Part shown: positions 8,667-16,531 of the stretch, piece by piece
Numbering within the stretch: the stretch's first letter is position 1
Layout of the letters: each line of letters begins with the position of its first letter
Source of the DNA: Pseudobdellovibrionaceae bacterium
GTDB lineage: Bacteria; Bdellovibrionota; Bdellovibrionia; Bdellovibrionales; Bdellovibrionaceae
Reading direction: 5' to 3'
DNA length: 46,880 nucleotides
Assembly: GCA_043779385.1 (NCBI GenBank)
Contig: JAYWEU010000297.1
Span: 1 to 46,880, forward strand
Made by a program: the position numbers and the translations under genes
Notes under the pieces: model-generated
Told to the model about the DNA's origin: nothing
Databases searched by the model: none
Seen by the model: only the letters and a program-made list of their open reading frames with translations

Positions 8667-9175
8667 ATCCGTTTAAATCCTCGCAATTGACAAATAATAA
8701 AACCCTCCACCTCACTTTAGAGGGCGAGATTCAGGGCAGCTGCCAGCTGCCCGAACTTGATATGAATGGAATGACTGAGTTGGATATGGATGTCGGCAAA
8801 GTCACCTACATTAACTCAGGTGGCATTCGAAATTGGATCGTTTGGATGGTGCAATTGAGTAAAAATTTTCCTGCTGTTGATATCGTTTTTCGAGAACTCC
8901 CACCCATCTTGGTCAGTCAAATTACCAATGTCGATTCGTTTATTCCAAAAAAATCAAAAATTAAATCGGTCTATATTCCTTTTTTCTGTGATCACTGTGG
9001 TGCCACAGCCACACGATTATTTGAGCCCGAAAAATACTTTGAGCAGTCCAAGTCGAAAGAAGAAATTTTGGCCATGATGTGCGACATGACTTGTCCCCAA
9101 TGCGCAAAGCCCATGGAAATGGACGCCTTTCCTGAAAAGTACCTTACCTGCCTAGAGCAACATCGCGGAAATTAA
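8663..9175 (+). CDS. STAS-like anti-sigma-antagonist domain fused to a C-terminal Cys4 zinc ribbon
   Basis: 170-aa ORF whose ATG overlaps the upstream stop (ATGA 8663..8666). VTYINSGGIRNWI resembles the STAS phospho-Ser loop (the F-I-D-S-S-G-L class), with Ser52. The C-terminus has CDHC...CPQC. Confidence 0.55.
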   Translation: MNPFKSSQLTNNKTLHLTLEGEIQGSCQLPELDMNGMTELDMDVGKVTYINSGGIRNWIVWMVQLSKNFPAVDIVFRELPPILVSQITNVDSFIPKKSKIKSVYIPFFCDHCGATATRLFEPEKYFEQSKSKEEILAMMCDMTCPQCAKPMEMDAFPEKYLTCLEQHRGN

Positions 9176-9186
9176 GCGTCAAAGGC

Positions 9187-10383
9187 CTAAACCAAGGGTA
9201 AATGAATCGACAGGCCCTGCTCCCTGGAGGTTAGGGTTACGGCCTCACAGCCACAAGCTAAAATCGAAAGAATCGATTGCAAGGTGGCCCATTCAAAGTG
9301 CGGCATCCCCGCAAAATAGAGTTTGATGATAATATGATTTTGATCTTTTTCGACCAAGCCTTGGATGCCTGACATTTCTAAATTGTTTCGTAAGGCTGTT
9401 TCTGAAATAGAAGTTAAGACCGATCCTAAAAAAGTAATGGCAAAGTTTTTAGGAACTTTCAAATGAAAGCGCTCTGTTGGAGGACTCCACGAAACGCCAC
9501 CAACCAGTTTGGTTAAATGATGGGATAGACTTTCACCAGCCACTAAAATATCAGCAACCTCACAAGACAATGCCCCCGGTTTTAAACTCAGAGCGCCTTC
9601 AAGTCCGTACATGGTTCCTGTCATCCTGGTCACCGAATTTTGGATGAGCTGCAATAACGTCGGCACTTTTTGATGGGACCGAACCGTGTCCTTTAAAGAA
9701 CTTAAACCTCTTAATAGGTCTGCTGACGTGATTCGATCTTCTGCGTGCTCTTGTAAAAGAAAAAAAATCGGATTGATTTGCTGGGTTAAGTGGGCGGCTT
9801 GTCCCGAAGCCAAAGTCAAAGCGCCAAGAATATTTCGAATTTCGCTGATCGCGGGAGTGGACGCTTTTTCTAATAAAATTAATTCCGAGGCCGTCCCCTT
9901 TTTTAAACTTTGTAAATGTTGACCGGCTTTTAAAGCTAGTTCAAGCATTCGGCTGCGAACCGTTTGATGCAAACAATTCTTTTTGACATCAATCACACAA
10001 AGACTTCCCACCGTTGTGCCATTTACAACGACCGGAAATCCAAAGTAAGAAACAATCCCATAACGCTGAATCAATTCTTGAGGCAGGTCAGGGTGTAGGG
10101 CGGTATCTTCTATAGATAAAGGTTGGCCCTTGTCGACGACAAATTGACAAAGGGACGAGCACCGATCTGTCGCCCTAGAAATCGCTAGGTCCGGAGGCAA
10201 GCCAATATGGGCTTTAAAGTATTGAATTTGGTGCATCACAATTGAGACCAGTGAAATCGGGAAGCCGGTGATCGACTTTGCTTCACCAACAATTTTCTGT
10301 AACACCACATCAAGCTTCGTATCGACAACGGTTCGGCCATGATCCATTGGCAAAGCTAAGTTTTCAAGTTTAGGAACACCCAT
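9187..10383 (-). CDS. GAF-domain protein with a degenerate histidine-kinase-like C-terminus
   Basis: 398-aa ORF starting at ATG with GAGGTG 5 nt upstream. It has an N-terminal GAF-like region (aa ~20-150). An H-box-like AISEIRNILGAL has Ser at the His position. No G1/G2 ATP-binding boxes are visible. Confidence 0.6.
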   Translation of the reverse strand: MGVPKLENLALPMDHGRTVVDTKLDVVLQKIVGEAKSITGFPISLVSIVMHQIQYFKAHIGLPPDLAISRATDRCSSLCQFVVDKGQPLSIEDTALHPDLPQELIQRYGIVSYFGFPVVVNGTTVGSLCVIDVKKNCLHQTVRSRMLELALKAGQHLQSLKKGTASELILLEKASTPAISEIRNILGALTLASGQAAHLTQQINPIFFLLQEHAEDRITSADLLRGLSSLKDTVRSHQKVPTLLQLIQNSVTRMTGTMYGLEGALSLKPGALSCEVADILVAGESLSHHLTKLVGGVSWSPPTERFHLKVPKNFAITFLGSVLTSISETALRNNLEMSGIQGLVEKDQNHIIIKLYFAGMPHFEWATLQSILSILACGCEAVTLTSREQGLSIHLPLV

Positions 10384-10555
10384 GTTTTCACCTCTACCTG
10401 ATTCATCGGATCAAGACCTGGACCTTTGCAGACAAGTTAATTTAACGAAGTCACCGATGCGACTGTGCCAGATTGAGCTGACCTTTAGGCTAAGGACAAT
10501 TGCCGAACGCCTGAATCGATGTGACAATAAGGACAGAACTTTTAGAGGAGATCTC

Positions 10556-11311
10556 ATGAAATATATTCTCATTTTGATAATGCTGATTCCGCATTTGACT
10601 TGGGCTGCAGGTCGCACTCGATCTAGAAAATCAACCAGCAGTTTTTCAGGATCCTCTTTCGGCGGCGACAGCCTCTTCAGAATTCAAGGCAGTTACGGAG
10701 TTGCCATCGTCGATCCCGTCGATCTTGCCAATTACCGGAAACAGTTTCTTTGGAATAATACGACAGCGGCCGATGGAATTTTGGATCGATTGCCTCAAAC
10801 TGATTTTGGCCTCGGAGTTCGCATTGGCCCCGGCCATCTGATGGTTCATTACTTTACGGCTCGGCAGGATCTTAAAAATACAGATATCGGAGCGACGGGT
10901 GTTTCTGTCAAAGACAGTTTCAATTATGCCGCGACCTATTTATTTTATGATGTGCCTTTTGTTTTTGGAGATTTTCTTTTAACAACAGGACTTGGCATCG
11001 GCAAGGCCAACAAATTTGAATATCACGAAACATTGACAGGTGGAAATGCGGAAGACATCACTTGGTCTGACGCTCCGATGGGTTATCGAGCGCGGGCTTC
11101 TTTAGGTTATCTTTACTCGAATACTTTCGGCATTTTCGTAGAACTTGGTTACGAAATAATGAAAAGCACTTTGACCGCGACCAGTGATTACCAATCAACC
11201 ATCAACGGTGTGCCTATTCGCAGTGGCCAAAAATTGATCGGCAGAAGTGGTGCGGTGGAGGCCGATCTTTCAGGGGCTCGTTTGGCGGCCGGGCTGATGT
11301 TGATGTTTTAA
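10556..11311 (+). CDS. outer-membrane beta-barrel protein
   Basis: The internal ATG 10556 is preceded by AGGAG. The signal peptide is MKYILILIMLIPHLTWA|AG. Alternating beta-strand-like sequence ends in the aromatic terminus LMLMF. The track ORF start 10382 is a spurious extension. Confidence 0.7.
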   Translation: MKYILILIMLIPHLTWAAGRTRSRKSTSSFSGSSFGGDSLFRIQGSYGVAIVDPVDLANYRKQFLWNNTTAADGILDRLPQTDFGLGVRIGPGHLMVHYFTARQDLKNTDIGATGVSVKDSFNYAATYLFYDVPFVFGDFLLTTGLGIGKANKFEYHETLTGGNAEDITWSDAPMGYRARASLGYLYSNTFGIFVELGYEIMKSTLTATSDYQSTINGVPIRSGQKLIGRSGAVEADLSGARLAAGLMLMF

Positions 11312-11325
11312 CCGCAAAGGTCAAA

Positions 11326-11823
11326 GTGATGCACGAATTCAATAAGATTTCCTATGATAAAAAAGATCTTTTTTATAAAGAACTTTGCGGTGAGCTGACG
11401 GGCCTTTATGAAAAATATTGGCTGACCAATCTAGCCAATGCGGCCGCCGCCTTGAATGCACATATGCCAAAGATCAATTGGGTGGGATTTTATCTTTGGC
11501 AAGAGGGGGAGCTTCGTTTGGGGCCCTTTCAGGGTCTTCCCGCCTGCCTCAGGATTCCATTGGGTCGCGGCGTGTGCGGAACCGCCGCGCAAAATCGCCA
11601 GACAATGCTGGTTGATGATGTGGATCAGTTCCCCGGACATATTGCTTGTGATTCCCGGTCAAAATCTGAAATTGTCATTCCTTTAGTTTTTCAAAATCGT
11701 TTACTGGGGGTCTTAGACGTTGATTCTCCTGAAGTTCAACGTTTTGATTTAACAGATGCACAGGGTCTTGAAAAGCTCGTGCAAGAACTACTTCAATTGA
11801 CGACTTGGCCTGCTTCCTTCTAA
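11326..11823 (+). CDS. msrC: free methionine-(R)-sulfoxide reductase (GAF-fold, YebR/MsrC family)
   Basis: 165-aa ORF with family motifs WVGFYL, GRGVCGTAA and GHIACDSRSKSEIVIPL. Start is GTG 11326 or ATG 11329. Confidence 0.8.
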   Translation: MMHEFNKISYDKKDLFYKELCGELTGLYEKYWLTNLANAAAALNAHMPKINWVGFYLWQEGELRLGPFQGLPACLRIPLGRGVCGTAAQNRQTMLVDDVDQFPGHIACDSRSKSEIVIPLVFQNRLLGVLDVDSPEVQRFDLTDAQGLEKLVQELLQLTTWPASF

Positions 11824-11841
11824 AAAGGAAGTCGGTTCCCT

Positions 11842-13137
11842 ATGAAAAATCGAATTGTTCGACCCACCACTCAGTTTTCAGGCAAACCCCTTGTTCCAGG
11901 GGACAAATCAATATCTCATCGAGCTTTAATCATCGGTGCTTTATCAGAAGGCCGTACTTTGATAAAAGACTTGCTTGATAGCGCCGATGTTCAAGCGACC
12001 GCTGAATGCCTTCAGAGGATGGGCCTACAGATCACTCAAAAAAATAATATCACCGAGGTCATTGGCCGCGGTCTCTTTGGCCTCAGATCTCCTGGGCAAA
12101 CTTTAAATTGTGGGAATTCTGGCACGACATTGCGGCTATTGATGGGTCTTCTAGCAGGGCAAAAAAATTTTTCAAGTGAACTGACTGGCGATAAATCCTT
12201 AATTCGTCGTCCCATGAAAAGAGTTGCCGATCCTTTACGTTTAATGGGTGCGGATCTGATTTTGACAGAGGAAAACTTTGCGCCTTTAAAAATTCACGGA
12301 GCGCCCTTGTACGGCATCGATTATGAATTAAAAATTGCCAGTGCCCAAATTAAAACAGCTTTGATTTTAGCGGCCTTAACCAGCGAAGGTAAAACACGGA
12401 TCACCGGCCAGATTCATAGTCGTGATCACACTGAACGAATGCTTCAATCGTTAGGTGTAGAAATAAAAATAACGGCCTCGGAAATTGAAATCTCTGGAGG
12501 ACAAAAAATTGAGCCTTCGACAATTCTTGTTCCCGGTGATCCCTCCACTGCGGCCTTTTGGTTAGCCGGGGCTTGCCTTATTCCGGGTGCAGAAGTTGAA
12601 ATGCAGCCGATTTCCTTAAATCCCTCACGCTTAGGTTTTGTCCGTGTGCTTCAAAAAATGGGCGCCCCCATTGAATTGGAAGTGACCGATGAAAAGGCAG
12701 AACCAGTGGGTCGACTTAGATTGCGCCATCGTGACATCAGCGGCTCTTTAAAAGCAGTCCGGATTGAAGCCACCGAGATCCCATCTCTGATTGATGAGTT
12801 GCCCTTACTGGCTGTCCTCGCGACGCAAGCAGAAGGGCTGACAGAAGTTTTTGGTGCCCAGGAGTTACGAGTCAAAGAAACCGACCGCATCGAAGCGATA
12901 GCGACGAATTTGCGATCGATGGGTGGACATCTTGAAGCGCGCCCAGATGGTTTTTCGATTCAAGGGCCCCAAAAACTTCGCGGTGCTGCCTTGCAAAGCT
13001 TTGATGATCATCGAATTGCGATGGCCTTCAGCATTGCCGCACTGACAGCTGATGGCGAAAGTCTGATTGAAAATGCTGACTGTGTTGGGGTTTCTTATCC
13101 AGAATTTTTTAATATTTTACAGATGATGACTTCGTGA
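11842..13137 (+). CDS. aroA: 3-phosphoshikimate 1-carboxyvinyltransferase (EPSP synthase)
   Basis: 431-aa ORF with PGDKSISHRALI, LNCGNSGTTLRLL, ELRVKETDRI and DDHRIAMAF motifs. Confidence 0.95.
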   Translation: MKNRIVRPTTQFSGKPLVPGDKSISHRALIIGALSEGRTLIKDLLDSADVQATAECLQRMGLQITQKNNITEVIGRGLFGLRSPGQTLNCGNSGTTLRLLMGLLAGQKNFSSELTGDKSLIRRPMKRVADPLRLMGADLILTEENFAPLKIHGAPLYGIDYELKIASAQIKTALILAALTSEGKTRITGQIHSRDHTERMLQSLGVEIKITASEIEISGGQKIEPSTILVPGDPSTAAFWLAGACLIPGAEVEMQPISLNPSRLGFVRVLQKMGAPIELEVTDEKAEPVGRLRLRHRDISGSLKAVRIEATEIPSLIDELPLLAVLATQAEGLTEVFGAQELRVKETDRIEAIATNLRSMGGHLEARPDGFSIQGPQKLRGAALQSFDDHRIAMAFSIAALTADGESLIENADCVGVSYPEFFNILQMMTS

Positions 13138-13149
13138 TCGGGGAATTTG

Positions 13150-14229
13150 ATGGCAGGAAATAGTTTTGGCAATCTTTTTAGAGTCACAACATTTGGTGAG
13201 TCCCACGGACCCGTGATCGGCGCCGTGATCGATGGCTGCCCTGCGGGGTTATTTGTCGATCTAGAATTTATTCAGCAACAATTAGACAAAAGAAAACCGG
13301 CGCAAAGTTTATTAACGACGCAGCGGAAAGAGAGTGATTGTCCTGAGATTATTTCCGGCGTGTTTGAAGGAAAAACGACAGGAGCCCCTTTGGCCGCTCT
13401 TTTTCGAAACGAAGATCAGCGGTCGCAAGATTACAATGCGCTTGTGACCAAGTACCGTCCTTCCCATAGCGATTTCAGTTATGATGCAAAGTACGGAAGC
13501 CGGGATCATCGCGGCGGCGGAAGGTCCAGCGCCCGCGAAACTGTGGCCAGGGTCTTTGCGGGAGCTATCGCGCAACTGTTGTTGAAAAATTTCGGAATCA
13601 CGGTGCAAGGCTACGTTTCACAAGTTGGAAATATTAAATTGCAAAAATCTTGGACCGATTTGAATTTGCAAATGACCTGGCAAAATTCCGTGCATTGTCC
13701 CGACCCAGAAACGGCGGCTGCGATGCAAGTTTTAATTGAAAGAGTCCGCGAAGAAGGCGACACCCTTGGCGGGGTTGTGACAGCCGTCATTCAAGGTTGT
13801 CCAGCAGGATTGGGCGAGCCCGTTTTTGATCGTCTGCATGCCGATCTTGGGAAAGCCATGCTCAGCATTAACGCCGTCAAAGGTTTTGAATACGGTTCAG
13901 GATTTTCAGGAGCTAGCATGAAAGGGTCAGAGCACAATGATCCTTTTATAAAATCAATGGACCAAATTCAAACTTCAAAAAATGATTCTGGTGGAATCCA
14001 AGGCGGTATCAGCAACGGAATGCCAATTTATTTTAATGTCGCCTTTAAGCCTGTGGCGACATTAATGAAAAAACAAATGACGGTCACTCAGAAGGGCGAA
14101 ACGACTGAAATTGAAGGCAAGGGCCGTCATGATCCCTGTGTCCTTCCCCGTGCGGTGGCTATCGTTGAAGCCATGGCCGCAATCACAATCGCCGATCACT
14201 GGCTGCGAAATCGAACGGCTCGCATTTAG
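13150..14229 (+). CDS. aroC: chorismate synthase
   Basis: The N-terminus [20 protein letters not shown] matches AroC. It also has [10 protein letters not shown] and GRHDPCV motifs. The track start 13147 is TTG, immediately before the ATG. Confidence 0.95.
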   Translation: MAGNSFGNLFRVTTFGESHGPVIGAVIDGCPAGLFVDLEFIQQQLDKRKPAQSLLTTQRKESDCPEIISGVFEGKTTGAPLAALFRNEDQRSQDYNALVTKYRPSHSDFSYDAKYGSRDHRGGGRSSARETVARVFAGAIAQLLLKNFGITVQGYVSQVGNIKLQKSWTDLNLQMTWQNSVHCPDPETAAAMQVLIERVREEGDTLGGVVTAVIQGCPAGLGEPVFDRLHADLGKAMLSINAVKGFEYGSGFSGASMKGSEHNDPFIKSMDQIQTSKNDSGGIQGGISNGMPIYFNVAFKPVATLMKKQMTVTQKGETTEIEGKGRHDPCVLPRAVAIVEAMAAITIADHWLRNRTARI

Positions 14230-14293
14230 GTTTTTTTGCATTCTAAATTTTTAAAAAGGGACAATTTTCCACCTCGGGGCTTTTTGCTGGCGC

Positions 14294-14315
14294 AATTCAA
14301 CGGCTCCGTTGAATT
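14294..14315. promoter_or_regulatory. perfect 10-bp inverted repeat AATTCAACGG-ct-CCGTTGAATT upstream of a sigma-54 promoter
   Basis: Read directly from the sequence. It lies 17 nt upstream of the -24 element at 14332. It could be an activator or repressor site, or part of the aroC termination region. Confidence 0.35.
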
Positions 14316-14331
14316 CGTTGGGTTGTTGCTG

Positions 14332-14346
14332 TGGCATCACCTTTGC
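14332..14346 (+). promoter_or_regulatory. sigma-54 (RpoN) type promoter
   Basis: TGGCAT-cacct-TTGC has exact GG-N10-GC spacing. It lies 51 nt upstream of ATG 14398, which has its own AAGGAG. Confidence 0.6.
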
Positions 14347-14397
14347 GTCCTAACACCCATTAATGTCATTACCTCACCTCAAAAAAGGAGAAATTAT

Positions 14398-14655
14398 ATG
14401 GTTATCATTGCAACACTTGTGATTGGTTTGATCGTCGGTTTAATTGCACGATTTTTAATGCCGGGACGTGATCCCATGGGCTTTGTATTGACGGCCATTC
14501 TTGGAATTGTCGGCGCTTGGTTAGGTTCTTGGCTAGGTCAGGCGATGGGACTTTACGGACAAGGCGAGCCCGCGGGCTTCGTCATGGCGGTGATCGGAGC
14601 CATGATTGTTCTTTTTATTTACCACCTTGCTTCGCCAGGCCTTCGAAAAGTATAA
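14398..14655 (+). CDS. GlsB/YeaQ/YmgE-family small stress membrane protein
   Basis: 85-aa product MVIIATLVIGLIVGLIARFLMPGRDPMGF...GAWLG is typical of the family. AAGGAG lies 7 nt upstream. The track ORF start 14236 is an extension over non-coding DNA. Confidence 0.8.
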   Translation: MVIIATLVIGLIVGLIARFLMPGRDPMGFVLTAILGIVGAWLGSWLGQAMGLYGQGEPAGFVMAVIGAMIVLFIYHLASPGLRKV

Positions 14656-14674
14656 ATCCTGACCTTCAAAAAAA

Positions 14675-14700
14675 TTTCCAGCTTGGCGGCAAGCTGGAAA
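14675..14700 (-). terminator. 11-bp hairpin (TTTCCAGCTTG-gcgg-CAAGCTGGAAA) with a T-run only in the reverse orientation
   Basis: The stem-loop was read directly. A7 precedes it on the + strand, which equals T7 after it on the - strand. Both flanking genes are on the + strand. Confidence 0.35.
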
Positions 14701-14717
14701 AATTCTAAGCTTTAAAA

Positions 14718-15269
14718 ATGAAAAGACCACAGGCCCTGGCGTTTTTTTTTGGTGGGGTTTTGCCCCTGGTGGCGTTTGCTGTCATCGAAGATCAGTACGG
14801 AACCCTGGCTGGAATTATTGCCGGTATGGTGTTTGGCTTAGGCGAAGTTCTTTACGAATACGTCACACAAAAAAAAATTTCGACCATCACCTGGGTCAGT
14901 AATTTAATGATCTTGAGTCTGGGAGGTCTTTCGCTGGTTTCGTCAGACGGAATTTGGTTTAAACTTCAACCGGCTTTGTTTGAAGGTTTCTTTGTTTTAT
15001 TTCTATGGGGTTCCCTTCTTGCAAAAAAAAATATCTTAGTCTTAATGGCTGAAAAGCAGGGTCAGGTGATGCCCGAATTTCTTCATCCAAAAATGAAGGG
15101 TTTTGCCTTTCGCTTAGGCTTATTTTTTTTGGCGCACACCGGTCTGGCGGTCTGGTCGGCTTTTTTCTGGACTACGGCCCACTGGGCTCTGCTCAAGGGG
15201 GTTGGTTTGCCGACTAGTATGGTGATTTATGTGGTCGCAGAAATGTTGATTATTCGGCGCCGAATCTAA
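14718..15269 (+). CDS. polytopic inner-membrane protein, YciB/IspZ (septation protein A)-like
   Basis: 183-aa ORF with about 5 TM segments. Its size and layout resemble YciB. The assignment is by eye only. Confidence 0.45.
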   Translation: MKRPQALAFFFGGVLPLVAFAVIEDQYGTLAGIIAGMVFGLGEVLYEYVTQKKISTITWVSNLMILSLGGLSLVSSDGIWFKLQPALFEGFFVLFLWGSLLAKKNILVLMAEKQGQVMPEFLHPKMKGFAFRLGLFFLAHTGLAVWSAFFWTTAHWALLKGVGLPTSMVIYVVAEMLIIRRRI

Positions 15270-15379
15270 TTGCCTTGATGACTCTATCCCTAAGACTGGA
15301 ATTGTTAAAAAAAATTGTTAATCCGCAAAGATAAGGTGAAGATGGCCTTGTTATCTACACATCTATAGGAGTCCAATAT

Positions 15380-16531
15380 ATGAAAACAGAACAAATCGTG
15401 ATTCGTAAGCCGGCCGATTTTAATTCGGCCAAATTGCAGCCTTTGAATAAAAATAATCCTCAGATCATTTTTGCTTTTGCCGACTGTAATTTTTTTGAAG
15501 ATCCGGGCTTTGCTAAGAAATTAAAAGCTGAATTTCCAAACGCCAATGTGATTGGTTGTTCCACGGCCGGTGAAATTGTCAATGATGGAATCACATCGGG
15601 AAGTTTAGTTTTAACGGCAGCGACCTTTAAAAATCCAAAGATTAAGTTAGCATCAGAAGCCTCAAAAGGCATTGAAGATTCAGAGGCCATGGGTCACCGC
15701 TTGGCTACAAGTTTGGCAGCCCCAGATTTGACGGCAATATTTATTCTTGCACAAGGAACAAATCTTAATGGCAGTGCAATGATTCAAGGAATGCAAAAAA
15801 AAGTAGGAAATAAAGTCATTATTACTGGCGGCCTTGCCGGTGATAATGGCCGTTTCACAAAAACGTTCGTGATGCTGAATGATACAGTCATGACCGAAGG
15901 TTGTGCTGCGATTGGTTTTTACGGCGATGCCATTAAAGTTTCATTTGGTTCTGTCGGAGGCTGGCAAGCTTTTGGACCTAGTCGTAAAGTGACTCGCGTT
16001 GTGGGAAATATTTTATATGAAATCGACGGTGTTTCCGCTTTGACCGTTTACAAGAATTATTTGGGCGAGTTCGCTAAAGATTTGCCAGGATCAGCCTTGC
16101 ATTTTCCATTATCAGTTCTTGAGCATGGCGAAGACAAATCAGATCTGATCCGAACAATTTTAGGAATCGACGAAAAAAATGGCAGCCTTATTTTAGCTGG
16201 GGACGTTCCACAAGATGGAAATGTCCGATTGATGCATGCCCAAACGACAGATCTTGTGAAAGGGGCGGGGCTGGCCGCAGACCTAGCAGGAAAGGGAATC
16301 CTTTCCCTTGATGCTGCCGACTCATTAGGAATTCTGGTTAGCTGTGTTGGACGTAAACTGGTTGTCGGCGAAGAAGATATTGAAGAAGAAGTGGAAACAG
16401 TCAGAGCGTCCTTAAAAGGGGCCCCGGTGACTGGATTTTATTCTAATGGTGAAATCTGCCCGTCAGCAGGGGTTATCACGGATTGTCGACTTCATAACCA
16501 GACGATGACAATCACAGTTTTCAGGGATTAG
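15380..16531 (+). CDS. FIST (N + C) domain sensory protein
   Basis: 383-aa cytoplasmic ORF. It has blocks typical of FIST_N/FIST_C: VIGCSTAGEI, ITGGLAGD, GFYGD and a C-terminal GFYSNGEI. Confidence 0.7.
   Translation: MKTEQIVIRKPADFNSAKLQPLNKNNPQIIFAFADCNFFEDPGFAKKLKAEFPNANVIGCSTAGEIVNDGITSGSLVLTAATFKNPKIKLASEASKGIEDSEAMGHRLATSLAAPDLTAIFILAQGTNLNGSAMIQGMQKKVGNKVIITGGLAGDNGRFTKTFVMLNDTVMTEGCAAIGFYGDAIKVSFGSVGGWQAFGPSRKVTRVVGNILYEIDGVSALTVYKNYLGEFAKDLPGSALHFPLSVLEHGEDKSDLIRTILGIDEKNGSLILAGDVPQDGNVRLMHAQTTDLVKGAGLAADLAGKGILSLDAADSLGILVSCVGRKLVVGEEDIEEEVETVRASLKGAPVTGFYSNGEICPSAGVITDCRLHNQTMTITVFRD

Noticed and set aside
10382-10555. Long N-terminal extensions proposed by the ORF track (also 14236-14397, 22411-22518, 35840-36028, 38813-38929, 34986-35042, 41502-41537)
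   Set aside because: In each case an internal ATG or GTG has a Shine-Dalgarno at proper spacing. That start yields a canonical signal peptide or a family-typical N-terminus. The extensions have no RBS and, in several cases, cover promoter elements.
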